From Candidatus Multivoradales bacterium (GTDB taxonomy: Bacteria > Acidobacteriota > Thermoanaerobaculia > Multivoradales > JAHEKO01), in assembly GCA_965223155.1 (NCBI GenBank), contig CBDCVR010000013.1:416001-480000 (forward strand): a stretch of 64,000 bases of DNA. Direction: 5' to 3'. The notes under the pieces were generated by a model. It saw only the letters and a program-made list of their open reading frames with translations. It was not told the origin of the DNA and made no database searches. The position numbers were made by a program, and so were the translations under genes. Shown here one piece after another: positions 16,716-27,268 of this stretch; position 1 is the first letter of the stretch, and each line of letters starts with the position of its first letter.

Positions 16716-18683
16716 TTACCCGTCCTCGCTGCCCGAGCGGCGTACGATGACCACCCAGAAGAGCGCCGCCAGGGCGACGAAGGCAGCGGTCGCGAACCAA
16801 GGGCCCGCCGCGCCGGCCCATGCATGGCCCAGCCCTTCCGGACTTCGAGCCTGGAGCACGGCAACGCCGGCGATCGCCACGCCCAGAAGCCCTTCGCCTC
16901 CGACCAGCCCGGAGCCGAAGAGAATCCCGCGCTCACGCCGTTCGGCTGCGTCGTCCTCGTCCCGCGCGGAGCGCTCGGCGCAGAGCCGCAGCAGTCCGCC
17001 GAAGAAAAGGGGCACCATGGTGGCCACCGGCAGGTAGACGCCGACCGCGAAGGGCAGGCTCGGGATTCGCAGCACCTCGCATACGAGCGCAATGCCGATT
17101 CCGATCCCGACCAAGCCCCAAGGCAAGGAGTCCTCGAGCACGCCTTCGATGACGAGCTTCATGAGGGTCGCCTGCGGCGCCGGCAGCTCTTCCCCTCCGA
17201 AGCCGAAGGCTCGATCCAGCAAGATCACGGTCAGGCAGACGAAGGCCGCCGAGGACAAGACACCGATGAGCTCGCCCATCTGCTGACGCCGCGGTGTCGC
17301 GCCCAGGAGGAAACCCGTCTTCAAGTCCTGAGAGGTGTCGCCCGCGATCGAGGCGGCGATCGCGACCACGCAACCCACGGTCAGCGCACCCGCCTTGCCG
17401 GCGGCGTCGGTCCAGTCCATGAGCAGAAAGACGCCCGAGGTGGCCAGCAATGTCGCGATGGTCATGCCGCTGGTGGGATTCGACGTGACCCCGACCAGCC
17501 CGACGATTCTCGATGAGACTGTCACGAAGAAGAAAGCGGCGATGATGACCAGTGTGGCGGCGACCGCCCGTGCGGCCGGTCCTGGCAGTGTGGCGAACGC
17601 GGCGGGAGCACCCGCCAGGATCAGGGCCAGCAGCGCCACGCCAGCGCCGATCCAGGGCAGCGGCAGGTCACGGGCGGTGCGAACGACCGTGGAGTCCGCG
17701 TCGCCCAGCCTGGCGCGGAGCTGTTTCGTGCCGACCCGGAAGCTCTCGATCATGGTCGGTAGGCTCCGGATCAGTGTGATCAGGCCCGCCGTCGCCACGG
17801 CCCCGGCGCCGATGTAGCGGATGTAGCGTGTCCAAAGCCGGCTCGGCTCCATGTCCCGGATGAGCTCGATCGTCTCGGGATAGAAGGGCGCCTGGAGAGA
17901 CTCGCCCCAGATCGCGATCGCCGGAATCAAGACCAGCCAGGAAAGCAATCCGCCACCGACCATGACCGCCGCGATACGCGGTCCCAAGATGTAGCCGACC
18001 CCGAGCAAGGCCGCCGAGATCTCGAATCCCAGTTGGCCCTTCTTGAGCAGCGGCACCTTGAAGTGGACATCGTCGGGCACCACCCGCGCCCAACCCACGG
18101 CGGCTTTGAAGGCCGCGCCGATTCCGAGTCCGAAAAAGACATTCCGCGCGCGGCTGCCGCCGGCTTCGCTCGCGACCAGAACCTCGGCGCAGGCCGTGCC
18201 TTCGGGATACGGCAGCCGCCCATGCTCGCGCTCGATCAAGAAGCGGCGTAGCGGCACCATGAAGAGTACGCCCAGAAGGCCGCCGCACATGGCAAGCAGG
18301 GTCATCTGGAGAAGGCGGGGCTCGAGACCCCACAGGAAGAGCGCCGGCAAGGTGAAGATCACCCCGCTGGCGACCGAGCTCGAAGCCGAGCCCACGGTCT
18401 GGGCGGTGTTGGCCTCGAGGATCGAGCTCCGAACGCCGCCGGCCTCCAACAGCTTGAAGGCGGCGACGGTCATCACCGCCACTGGAATCGACGTTGAAAT
18501 GGTCAGTCCGACTCGAAGCCCTAGATAGGCGTTGGCGGCGCCAAAAGCGATCCCGAAGAGGATCCCGGCCAGAATCGCCTTGAAGGTGAACTCCGCCGGG
18601 CTCTCTGTGGCCGGAACGTAGGGCTCGTAGGTCTCGCCCGGACGAATCGGTTGGTACGCCTTGCGGCTCAGGCCGGCCTTCAT
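16716..18683 (-). CDS. OPT-family oligopeptide transporter
   Basis: ANAYLGLRVG, LPYPEGTACAEVL, SNPTSG, SQDLKTG, PAPQATLM. Confidence 0.93.
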   Translation of the reverse strand: MKAGLSRKAYQPIRPGETYEPYVPATESPAEFTFKAILAGILFGIAFGAANAYLGLRVGLTISTSIPVAVMTVAAFKLLEAGGVRSSILEANTAQTVGSASSSVASGVIFTLPALFLWGLEPRLLQMTLLAMCGGLLGVLFMVPLRRFLIEREHGRLPYPEGTACAEVLVASEAGGSRARNVFFGLGIGAAFKAAVGWARVVPDDVHFKVPLLKKGQLGFEISAALLGVGYILGPRIAAVMVGGGLLSWLVLIPAIAIWGESLQAPFYPETIELIRDMEPSRLWTRYIRYIGAGAVATAGLITLIRSLPTMIESFRVGTKQLRARLGDADSTVVRTARDLPLPWIGAGVALLALILAGAPAAFATLPGPAARAVAATLVIIAAFFFVTVSSRIVGLVGVTSNPTSGMTIATLLATSGVFLLMDWTDAAGKAGALTVGCVVAIAASIAGDTSQDLKTGFLLGATPRRQQMGELIGVLSSAAFVCLTVILLDRAFGFGGEELPAPQATLMKLVIEGVLEDSLPWGLVGIGIGIALVCEVLRIPSLPFAVGVYLPVATMVPLFFGGLLRLCAERSARDEDDAAERRERGILFGSGLVGGEGLLGVAIAGVAVLQARSPEGLGHAWAGAAGPWFATAAFVALAALFWVVIVRRSGSEDG

Positions 18684-21223
18684 TCCCCTGTCCTCCTCGC
18701 CGAGATACCTTCCTCGAATCCACCCGGCTCGTATCCAATCGCCCCATGGCTACAAAAACCATCCATCTGCCCGGGAAGCCCGATCGGCGATCCGGGGGGA
18801 ATCTCGGGCGCCGCGACCGGTACCAGCTCGTCGGCCAGTTGCCGCTCCTGAAAGCGCCGGATCTGGGCGCGCAGAAACTCGCCATGGACCCCGGCCCGGA
18901 GTCGCAACCGCGCCTTCCGGAGGGCCTCGTCGGCCTGGGCACGGGCCGTACCGTGAGCCTCGCCGTCGGCGGCGAGGCGCATCAAGTGCCCGACCACGAC
19001 CTCTTGCACCTCGGCGCGGATGGCGGCCGATCGAAGAGCGTCCCCTGGCGCGCCAGCCTCGAACGCCGCCTCGACGACGGCTTGCACGACCTCCGCGAAT
19101 CCGAGTTGGGACGGGTCCCGGCGGTGCTGGTCGATCAGGCGGGCCGCGCGCTCGGGCTGCAGCAGGCCGGCGACCACGAGATCGGCCGCGGTCCTGGCCG
19201 CTCCCAGGGCATCAAATCCGGGCGCGGTCCGATGGCTCAGAAGCTCCCGGTTCGAGCCGTAGCCAAAGGGCCGGGGAGCCAAGAGGCCGAGCGCCTCTTC
19301 GGGCACGTCCAGAGCCTCGAGAGTCATGGCGCCGAGAACCGCCGCCAGGGCCGCCCGCTGGACGTCCGAGGCCACCCTCCGTACCTCCCCTCCCGAGTCG
19401 TCGCGCAAGGAATACGAATAGAGCAGCCCGCCCACCGACTTCACCGTCGCTTCGAGCTGATAGCGGTGCTGGAAGTACACGGTGGCAAAGACCTCTTCCA
19501 GTAGCGCTAGAGGCTCGCCGGCGGGCAGGTTGTCCCGGCCGAAACGGGCCAGGGTGCGCCGGCGAACCTCCAGGATCTCCTCCAGGGCCGCCACCGGGTC
19601 GGCGCCGTTGTCCCAGAGATTCGCCAGCGGATGGGCGGCACCTGCCGGCCGCGCGTCCCAATCACTCAAGAACAGGTACCCGCTCTCCCGGCCCTCGGAG
19701 GCCAGCCTCTCGATCGCTGCCGCCGCCGACTCCCCGGATTCCGGCTCACCGTAAGCGAACCGGGTCGCATGCACATCCCATTCGCCGATGCCATCGTCGT
19801 AGGCCTCCGTGACATCCAGGGAACCGTCGGCCGCCGGCCGCACCCAGGGCGCCGGGTAGTCCATCACCGAAGCTCGTCCTTTATAGGTACTGGCCGCGAA
19901 GTTGTGCGAAAAGCCCAACGCATGTCCCACCTCGTGCGCCGAGAGCTGCCGAATCCGGGCGAGAGCCAGCTGGATGGGGTCGTCGGCGTCGCCGGAACCG
20001 GTCTTCTCGGTGCCCAGGAGCCCTTCGAAGATGAGGCGATCCTGACGCACTCGCAAGCTGCCCAGGTTGACGTGCCCCTTGAGCATCTCGCCCGTGCGCG
20101 GGTCGATGACGCCGCCGCCGTAGGACCAACCCCGGGTGGACCGGTGAACCCACTGGATGACGTTGTAGCGAATATCGAGGGGATGGGCGTCTTCAGGCAG
20201 CATCTCGACACGGTAGAGGTCCGGATACCCGGCAGCCGCGAACGCATCGCTCCACCAAGACGCCCCGTCAACAACCGCTCCCCGGATGGGTTCGGGGATG
20301 CCGGGATCCACGTAGAAGACGAGCTCCGAATCCGGTCCGTCGGCGGCGATGCGATGCCGCACGATCCAACGCTTCTCGATGCTTTCGGCAAGGGGAGCCG
20401 CGTAGTCCTGAAAGTAGATGGCGAGAGAGGCGAATCGGGGATCGAATGGGCGCGGTTCGTAGCCCTCATCGGGCAGCCGCACAAGACTCTGGTACTGCAC
20501 AAGGCTGAAGGATGAACCGTTCGGGACCGTAGCCGCCACCAGCGCTCCGGGCTTCCTCCCGGCGTAGGTCAGGACGGACTCGAAGACCAGGTTGTCGGGA
20601 AACGCGTGGCAGTTCGCCAGATCCACGGCGCTCCGCTCCGGATCGAGCGCGTAGCTGCCCTGTCCGGTGTTGTCCAACTGGCGCTCGACGCTATGAGCGT
20701 CGCGCACCAGAAAGGACGTCAGATCCACGAGCAGGCTCCCCGACGGGCCAGTGGTTTCGACCGGTCCGGCCCAGAGAACCGAGGGCGCGAAGGACTCCCG
20801 CGTCGCCCGGGCTTCGCTGTCGCCTGCCGCCAGCGCCCTGAAACCCAGGTTGGGCTCTTCGAAGAGCACCCGATTGCCGACGCGGCGCAAGATCAGGAAC
20901 CTGCTCGCCCCGAGCTGTCCGCGATCCAGCCCAACCGGGTTCGAGCCCAGCCCCGTCGCCAGGCCTTCGACATAGAGGTATTCTCCGATCACGCCGTCCT
21001 CGCCGGGAGCGGGAAGCTCGAGCCACACCTTGCCGCCGTCCGCGTCTTTGTACATCGTCAGCATGCCATCCGCCCGCTCGCTCTTCGCCATCATTGTCGC
21101 GATGGGATCCCGAGCTTCCGCGGCGGCTAAGGGGCCCGTCCCCGAGGTCGCGCAAGACAACAGTACCGGCATGGTGAGGAGCAGCGCGGCGGCAAGATGG
21201 AGAGCGGTCGATCGGCGCATCAT
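18680..21223 (-). CDS. Secreted or lipoprotein zinc-dependent metalloprotease (DUF5117/DUF4953 type)
   Basis: Lipobox LLSC; HEVGHALGFSHN zinc motif; SVMDY Met-turn; IDPRTGE. Confidence 0.9.
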   Translation of the reverse strand: MMRRSTALHLAAALLLTMPVLLSCATSGTGPLAAAEARDPIATMMAKSERADGMLTMYKDADGGKVWLELPAPGEDGVIGEYLYVEGLATGLGSNPVGLDRGQLGASRFLILRRVGNRVLFEEPNLGFRALAAGDSEARATRESFAPSVLWAGPVETTGPSGSLLVDLTSFLVRDAHSVERQLDNTGQGSYALDPERSAVDLANCHAFPDNLVFESVLTYAGRKPGALVAATVPNGSSFSLVQYQSLVRLPDEGYEPRPFDPRFASLAIYFQDYAAPLAESIEKRWIVRHRIAADGPDSELVFYVDPGIPEPIRGAVVDGASWWSDAFAAAGYPDLYRVEMLPEDAHPLDIRYNVIQWVHRSTRGWSYGGGVIDPRTGEMLKGHVNLGSLRVRQDRLIFEGLLGTEKTGSGDADDPIQLALARIRQLSAHEVGHALGFSHNFAASTYKGRASVMDYPAPWVRPAADGSLDVTEAYDDGIGEWDVHATRFAYGEPESGESAAAAIERLASEGRESGYLFLSDWDARPAGAAHPLANLWDNGADPVAALEEILEVRRRTLARFGRDNLPAGEPLALLEEVFATVYFQHRYQLEATVKSVGGLLYSYSLRDDSGGEVRRVASDVQRAALAAVLGAMTLEALDVPEEALGLLAPRPFGYGSNRELLSHRTAPGFDALGAARTAADLVVAGLLQPERAARLIDQHRRDPSQLGFAEVVQAVVEAAFEAGAPGDALRSAAIRAEVQEVVVGHLMRLAADGEAHGTARAQADEALRKARLRLRAGVHGEFLRAQIRRFQERQLADELVPVAAPEIPPGSPIGLPGQMDGFCSHGAIGYEPGGFEEGISARRTGE

Positions 21224-21471
21224 TGAGTCTCCTTCGGGGTCGTCCTGGTCAACTAGCTCGGCGTCCATCGCCTCGGGCGGCTCGGGCGGCGTGGGCGGCG
21301 CGGATTCCTACGGTCCGCCCGATGCTCTTGCCGTACGCGCTCGAGAGGTGAGCGCCCGGATGGTACCTCACCGTTCGGCGGTCGCGGGAGCTAGACCTGA
21401 CCGGCCAAAGAGCGAGGCAGCACGTTCGAGTAGACGCCCACCTGAAGCCGCTCGCACTACAGAGTCCTCGA

Positions 21472-24400
21472 TCACACGAGCGGCAAGCGCAGGGTCATCT
21501 CGAGGCCGCCCTCAGCATGGTTCCTGGCCTCGAGGGTGCCACCATGCTCCTCGGCAATCCGCCGGGCGATGGGAAGTCCCAGCCCGGTCCCCTCGTCGTC
21601 GGTCGAAAAGTACGGCTCGAAGATACGACCCAGCATCTTGGGATCCACCCCGGGGCCGGAGTCCTGGACCCGCACGGCAATCGAATTCCGCTCGGGCTCC
21701 GGCTCGATCTGGACTCGAACCCGGCCACCCGAGCCCGCCGCTCGACGGGCGTTCTCCAAGAGGTTCCGGAGAGCCCGGACGAGCAGGCGCTGATCGAACT
21801 CGGTCACCGTGGGCCCCTCCTCCACCTCGAGCGAGAGTCGAGCCGTGCCCGCGGGCGCCGCCAGATAGCTTTCCACCAGGTGCGCCACCGTGCCGACCAG
21901 ATTGCGGGGCTGCTTCTGAATATTCGGAATCTTGCTGTAGGTCGAGAACTCCCCCGCGATTTCGCGCAACTCGTTCACCTGCTCCAGGATGTTCTCTGTA
22001 CAGCGCTCGAAGACCGTCTCGATCTCGTCGGGACGCTCGTGGTAGACCTCGCGCAAGTGCTCGGTCGAGAGCCGGATCGGGGTCAGCGGATTCTTGATCT
22101 CGTGGGCGATCATCCGGGCCATTTCGGCCCAAGCCTCCAGGCGCTGTCCGCGCAGCACCTCGGTCACGTCCTCGACTACGAGAAGCGCGGAGGGCTCGGT
22201 CTCGCCGGCGATCGGCACCCAGACCAGGGTCCATTCGCGGCTGGCCGAGTCGCCCTCCTCGGCAACCGCATCCGGATCACCCGCCGCCACCGGCAAGCGC
22301 ATAGTCGCGTTCCGCAGGCTGCCGGTCTCGTCGCGCACGAAGCCCGCGATTTCCTCCAGGTCGGGACGCCCCTCGAGCGTTGCCAGCAGCGGCTCCCCGA
22401 TCTCGGCTCCCAGGAGCTCCCGGGCCGAGCGATTCACCAAGAGCACCCGTCCGGAGCTGTCGATCGAGACCACGGCGGCGGTGATGTTGTCGACGATTCG
22501 ATCCACCACTTCCTTTTCGTGCAGCAGACGTTCCCGACCGCGGGCCACCCGTCCGGCCATCCGGTCGATGGCCTCGGCCAGGATGCCGAACTCCCGGTCC
22601 ACGGGACGGTAGTCCAGCCCAGCCGCGCCGGCGGCGATTCGCTCGGTGCCCTCGACCAGCCGGGTCACGGGCTCGGTGAGCGTACGCGCGAAGCGCCGGC
22701 CCAGCGCCACCAGCAGCAGGCCGGTGGCGAGCGCCACCAGCAGCACCCTACGGGCCAGGCGGGCCAGATCCGCCGCAGCCTCCTCTTGCTGGCCGAGCAT
22801 CGGCAGCGACAGCACCAACTGGGTGGCGTCCACCGGGACTCCAGGAATCCGCAGAGGTGAGTAGATCTCGAGATAGGAGGCTCCCTCGACCGCGCGGCCG
22901 CGCGCCGCCAGACCCGAGCCCAACAGACGAAGCTCGGAATAGATCTCCCCCGGAATGCGAGTGGGCAACACTCCGGCGGCGAAGAGCTCACGCTTCGAGG
23001 AGGCGTAGAGCTGACTCCCCCAGTAGAGGTTGACGTCGTTGTGAATAACGTCCGCCAGCCACAGCAGGAGGTCGTCGTCGAGGATGGTCTCGATGCCGAA
23101 ACCCGGCTCGAGAGTCAGGACATAGTCGCCCAGGATGTGCTGGGCGGATTCGAGGGCGGCTTCACCCGCGACCCGCTGTTCCGATTCGATGCGCCCGCTC
23201 ACCATGCGCAGAACAAAGACGCTCACCAGCAAGATCGGAAGAATCACCAGCGCCGTGTAGGACGTGAGGACCCGTCGAGAAAACGATGGCAGCGGCCGGG
23301 CCAGACTCCAGCTCCGGCGGTTCCCCAGCCACATCGCGAGCTGCCCCGCCAGGGCCAAGATCAAGAGGGGCGTGACCGCATGGGTCGCGACCCTCTCCAG
23401 CGGCTCGAAAGGCCGCAGCTCTGGCACCACCAGCGTGTTCCAGCCTGAGGGCGCGGCAACGGCGTAGACCTTCGCCGAACCCACGGGGGACCTGATCCTG
23501 TCGGGCAGGCGCCCACCGGCCACGCTCAGGTCGCCGGCGCCGGTCCATGGCGCCTCCAGCACGCGGCCGTCCGGCCGGTAGCTGCCGACAAGAACTCCCG
23601 CCGGCATTGCCGCTCCCGGCGCTCCAAGACCGGGCCGTAGACGAAGAAGATCCAATGCCACGCGGCCAGCCCGGCGGACCGGCGCCCGGAATCCCGGATG
23701 AGGCACGTACCAGTAGGCCACCGAAGCCGGCTCTCCAGGGAGAGCGCCGCCGAGCGCGATCTCGCCCTGGATGGGCTCGTGATCCCAGCCGGCCAGCTCG
23801 AGCACATGACGGCGGGAGAGCGCCTGGTCGAGCTCTCCGTCCTCGGTCAGAGCCAGCCCGAAAGCAAAGGACGAGAGCACGCCTTCGGCCGTGCGCACCA
23901 CGACGCCAGAAGGACCGTAACGCTCGGCAAGGGGCGAGCCGCTCCAGAGAGCGAACGCGAGATCCTCCGAATCCCGATCGCCGGTCCGATTCGCCAGCAA
24001 GCCGGGTAGCTCGTAGGTGAAATAGGCGGACAGGGTCTGGGTGAGGTCCTCGAGCTCGGCCGCGCTGGGTACCGAGAGCATGGCCGGGGCACCGTCCGCC
24101 ACCTGGCGAAGCCGCGCGTCCTGGAAGGCAACCTCCCAGGCCAGCGCCGCCATCAGCACCGCCAGGCACACCCTCTTGGCGTTCCAGGTTCGAACGGGCG
24201 CCTTGACAAGGCTGCCCAGGGCGCCTCCGATCGCAAGGCAGACCAGCGAGACGACCGTTCGGTCGTGGAGCGCCGCCCCCAGGATCAAGACGCCGAACGC
24301 GGCCATAGTTCCATGCCGTAGCGAAGCCCCGGAGCCCACTCTGGGTCGCGGCAGGAGACCCAGGGCCAGAAGGGCCATGGCCAGGCGCAAGACCAGCTTC

Positions 24401-25446
24401 CGGGGCGAGCCCCCCAAGCTGGAGCCGAGGTCGACTGGACCGAGCCGCCAGTGGAGGTACGCGGCCACCGCCGCCAGGGCCAGCGCCGCGAGGGCGCCTC
24501 CCACGAGCAGCGCCGGCCGGGAGCCTAGCGCCAAGCGCGATCCCACCAGGAGGGCGGCGGCGATCCCGGCCCCGAAGAGGAGAACCGTCGGCGGCTCGCT
24601 CGGGCCGATCGAGGCGTACCCCGCCGTCGCGCCGGCCAGCAGCAGCGCGGCGATCGTGGGTTCTTCGCGCAACCTGGCGAGCCCCAGAACCAGCAGGAGA
24701 CCACCCACCAAGAACCCGGGCCAGGCTCGGGCCAGTTCCCAGCCACGTCCATCCGGGCCCCAGGGCCTCCACGGTCTCCGCCTTTCGCCACCGAAGGGAG
24801 CACTGCTCTCGTCGGCTGCACCACTGGTGGCGCTCCCCGCTTCGAGTCCCTGCCCGTCCGAGAACGGAGCGCCGAGCGAATGGCTGGCTCCCACCAGGAT
24901 TCGCCAGGGCCGTGACGAGGTGTCGAGAGGGCGCAGCGCCACCCAGGTTTCCGAAACGTAGCCCGAGCGCCGAGCCAGGCCGGTTGTCGGCAGCGCGTCG
25001 GGAGCCAGCTCGTGGATCAGGCCCCGCCCCGCCCAGGAGGCCGCGGTGCCGTCCGGATCCAAGAGCATCCAGGTCCAGTCCGGCCGGCCGCTCCTCGCCG
25101 CCCGCGCCTCCAAGGTGTCAAAGGCCGCCCGCAGCTCGGCTCCGGACGCGCCCGGGGGGTCCAGAAGGGAAGCAAGCTCCACGGCTTCGTGCTCGAGCTC
25201 CGCGGCCAGCTCGCGGCCCGGCTCCTGCTTCGGACCGGGATCCCAGTGGAACCAGATGGCGCCACCGAGCGCCAAGGCCAGCACGGTTCCGACCGTGATC
25301 GCCTCGCGGCGGCCAGGACGCAAGAGCGCCCAGGCGGCCGCAAGCGCGGCCAATCCCCAGGGCATCCCGAGTGGCGCCAGCAGTGCGAATCCCGCCGCCG
25401 CCAGGCAGAGTGCCCTGAGCAGGCGAAGCCGATCCCGAGTCAGCAT
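21472..25446 (-). CDS. Large multi-TM sensor histidine kinase (HAMP, PAS, HisKA, HATPase; NtrY-like C-terminus)
   Basis: WAEMARMIAHEIKNPLTPI, NLLENA, DSGPG, FEPYFST, GTGLGL. Confidence 0.9.
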   Translation of the reverse strand: MLTRDRLRLLRALCLAAAGFALLAPLGMPWGLAALAAAWALLRPGRREAITVGTVLALALGGAIWFHWDPGPKQEPGRELAAELEHEAVELASLLDPPGASGAELRAAFDTLEARAARSGRPDWTWMLLDPDGTAASWAGRGLIHELAPDALPTTGLARRSGYVSETWVALRPLDTSSRPWRILVGASHSLGAPFSDGQGLEAGSATSGAADESSAPFGGERRRPWRPWGPDGRGWELARAWPGFLVGGLLLVLGLARLREEPTIAALLLAGATAGYASIGPSEPPTVLLFGAGIAAALLVGSRLALGSRPALLVGGALAALALAAVAAYLHWRLGPVDLGSSLGGSPRKLVLRLAMALLALGLLPRPRVGSGASLRHGTMAAFGVLILGAALHDRTVVSLVCLAIGGALGSLVKAPVRTWNAKRVCLAVLMAALAWEVAFQDARLRQVADGAPAMLSVPSAAELEDLTQTLSAYFTYELPGLLANRTGDRDSEDLAFALWSGSPLAERYGPSGVVVRTAEGVLSSFAFGLALTEDGELDQALSRRHVLELAGWDHEPIQGEIALGGALPGEPASVAYWYVPHPGFRAPVRRAGRVALDLLRLRPGLGAPGAAMPAGVLVGSYRPDGRVLEAPWTGAGDLSVAGGRLPDRIRSPVGSAKVYAVAAPSGWNTLVVPELRPFEPLERVATHAVTPLLILALAGQLAMWLGNRRSWSLARPLPSFSRRVLTSYTALVILPILLVSVFVLRMVSGRIESEQRVAGEAALESAQHILGDYVLTLEPGFGIETILDDDLLLWLADVIHNDVNLYWGSQLYASSKRELFAAGVLPTRIPGEIYSELRLLGSGLAARGRAVEGASYLEIYSPLRIPGVPVDATQLVLSLPMLGQQEEAAADLARLARRVLLVALATGLLLVALGRRFARTLTEPVTRLVEGTERIAAGAAGLDYRPVDREFGILAEAIDRMAGRVARGRERLLHEKEVVDRIVDNITAAVVSIDSSGRVLLVNRSARELLGAEIGEPLLATLEGRPDLEEIAGFVRDETGSLRNATMRLPVAAGDPDAVAEEGDSASREWTLVWVPIAGETEPSALLVVEDVTEVLRGQRLEAWAEMARMIAHEIKNPLTPIRLSTEHLREVYHERPDEIETVFERCTENILEQVNELREIAGEFSTYSKIPNIQKQPRNLVGTVAHLVESYLAAPAGTARLSLEVEEGPTVTEFDQRLLVRALRNLLENARRAAGSGGRVRVQIEPEPERNSIAVRVQDSGPGVDPKMLGRIFEPYFSTDDEGTGLGLPIARRIAEEHGGTLEARNHAEGGLEMTLRLPLV

Positions 25447-25525
25447 CCTGCGACCTCGGCTGCAACGCTCGTGCCCGGGGGGCATCGCAAAGGCCGGACC
25501 GGTAGGGACAATGCGGCCGGCGAGA

Positions 25526-27190
25526 TCACGCCATGGGGAGATCGACGCCGTGAGTACGGGCCCATTCCCGGGCCTTGTCGTAGCCGGCGTCGGCATGACG
25601 CACGATGCCCATGCCTGGATCACCGGTCAGAACCCGCTCCAGCCGGGCCTCGGCCGCCGGAGTCCCGTCGCACACCACCACCATGCCCGCGTGCAAGGAA
25701 TACCCGATACCGACGCCACCGCCGTGGTGGACGGAAACCCAGGTGGCGCCGTTGACCGCGTTCAGGAGGGCGTTCAGCACCGGCCAGTCGGCGATGGCGT
25801 CGGATCCGTCCTTCATGGCCTCGGTCTCGCGGTTGGGCGAAGCCACCGAGCCGCAGTCCAGGTGATCCCGACCGATCACGATTGGCGCCTTGACCCGGCC
25901 CGTGGCGACCAGATCGTTGAAGGCCTTCCCCGCTCGCGCTCGCTCGCCGTAGCCCAGCCAGCAGATGCGCGACGGCAGGCCTTGAAAGGCCACTCGCTCG
26001 CGGGCCATCGTGATCCAGCGCTCGAGGGCGCGATCTTCGGGAAAGAGCTCCAGAATCACCTCATCGGTCGCGGCTAGATCGGCTTCGTCCCCCGAGAGCA
26101 CGGCCCACCGAAAGGGTCCCTTGCCCTCGCAGAACAGCGGCCGCATGAACAGAGGCACGAAGCCCTGGAAGCCGAAGGCGTTCTCGACACCGGCCTCCAG
26201 TGCCTGCCCACGCAGATTGTTGCCATAGTCGAAGGTGACGGCACCCCGTGCCTGGAGCTCCAGCATCGCCCGCACATGAGCCGCCATCGAAGCCATCGAG
26301 AGCCGGATGTACTCCTCGGGGTCGCCTTCCCGCAAGGCGAGGGCTTGGCCATAGTCGAGACCGTGAGGCACGTACCCGGTCAGAGCGTCGTGAGCCGACG
26401 TCTGATCGGTCACCACCTCGGGCACGATGTTGGCGTCCAGTAGGGCCTTGAGCAGATCCACGGCGTTGGCTTCGACCCCGATCGAGACCGCCTCGCCGGC
26501 CTCCCGAGCCGCCAGCGCCCGAGCAATGGCCGCGTCCAGATCGGTGCCGCTCTCGTCCAGGTAGCGGGTCTCGAGGCGCCGGGCGATGCGGTGGGGATCC
26601 ACTTCGGCCACCAGCGCCACGCCCTCGTTCATGGTTACAGCCAGTGGCTGGGCTCCACCCATGCCGCCCAGGCCCGCGGTCACGGTAAGGGTCCCCTTGA
26701 GAGATCCGCCGAAGTGCTGGCGCGCGCACTCGGCCAGGGTCTCGTAGGTCCCTTGTAGGATGCCCTGGGTGCCGATGTAGATCCAGGAGCCGGCCGTCAT
26801 CTGGCCGAACATCGTCAGTCCCAAGCCTTCCAGCCGCCGGAACTCGTCGGCGGTCGCCCAGTGCGGCACCAAGAGGGAGTTGGCGATCAGGACCCGGGGC
26901 GCGTCCTCATGGGTGCGAAAGATGCCGACGGGCTTGCCCGATTGGACCAGCAGGGTCTCGTCGGCCTCGAGCCGCTTGAGGCTGGCGGTGATGGCCTCAT
27001 AACAGTCCCAGTTCCGGGCAGCTTTGCCCGAGCCGCCGTACACCACCAGCTCCTCGGGAATCTCCGCGACCTCGGGGTCGAGGTTGTTCATCAGCATCCT
27101 GAGCGCGGCCTCTTGGAGCCAGCCCTTGCACTGGAGCTCGGTTCCACGAGGGGCGCGGATGGTATGGGGTTCGGCCGGGGAATCGGTCAT
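25526..27190 (-). CDS. hutU: Urocanate hydratase
   Basis: [45 protein letters not shown]. Confidence 0.97.
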   Translation of the reverse strand: MTDSPAEPHTIRAPRGTELQCKGWLQEAALRMLMNNLDPEVAEIPEELVVYGGSGKAARNWDCYEAITASLKRLEADETLLVQSGKPVGIFRTHEDAPRVLIANSLLVPHWATADEFRRLEGLGLTMFGQMTAGSWIYIGTQGILQGTYETLAECARQHFGGSLKGTLTVTAGLGGMGGAQPLAVTMNEGVALVAEVDPHRIARRLETRYLDESGTDLDAAIARALAAREAGEAVSIGVEANAVDLLKALLDANIVPEVVTDQTSAHDALTGYVPHGLDYGQALALREGDPEEYIRLSMASMAAHVRAMLELQARGAVTFDYGNNLRGQALEAGVENAFGFQGFVPLFMRPLFCEGKGPFRWAVLSGDEADLAATDEVILELFPEDRALERWITMARERVAFQGLPSRICWLGYGERARAGKAFNDLVATGRVKAPIVIGRDHLDCGSVASPNRETEAMKDGSDAIADWPVLNALLNAVNGATWVSVHHGGGVGIGYSLHAGMVVVCDGTPAAEARLERVLTGDPGMGIVRHADAGYDKAREWARTHGVDLPMA

Positions 27191-27268
27191 AGGTCTCGCG
27201 TTGCCTCCACAAGCGATTCTAGCCTGCCTCCCGGCTGGATCACCGGGCGTTGCTCCGCGGCACCGTGC

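Noticed and set aside
21320-21415. Possible structured RNA or riboswitch upstream of the metalloprotease gene
   Set aside because: Only short pairings expected at this GC content, and no recognisable riboswitch consensus
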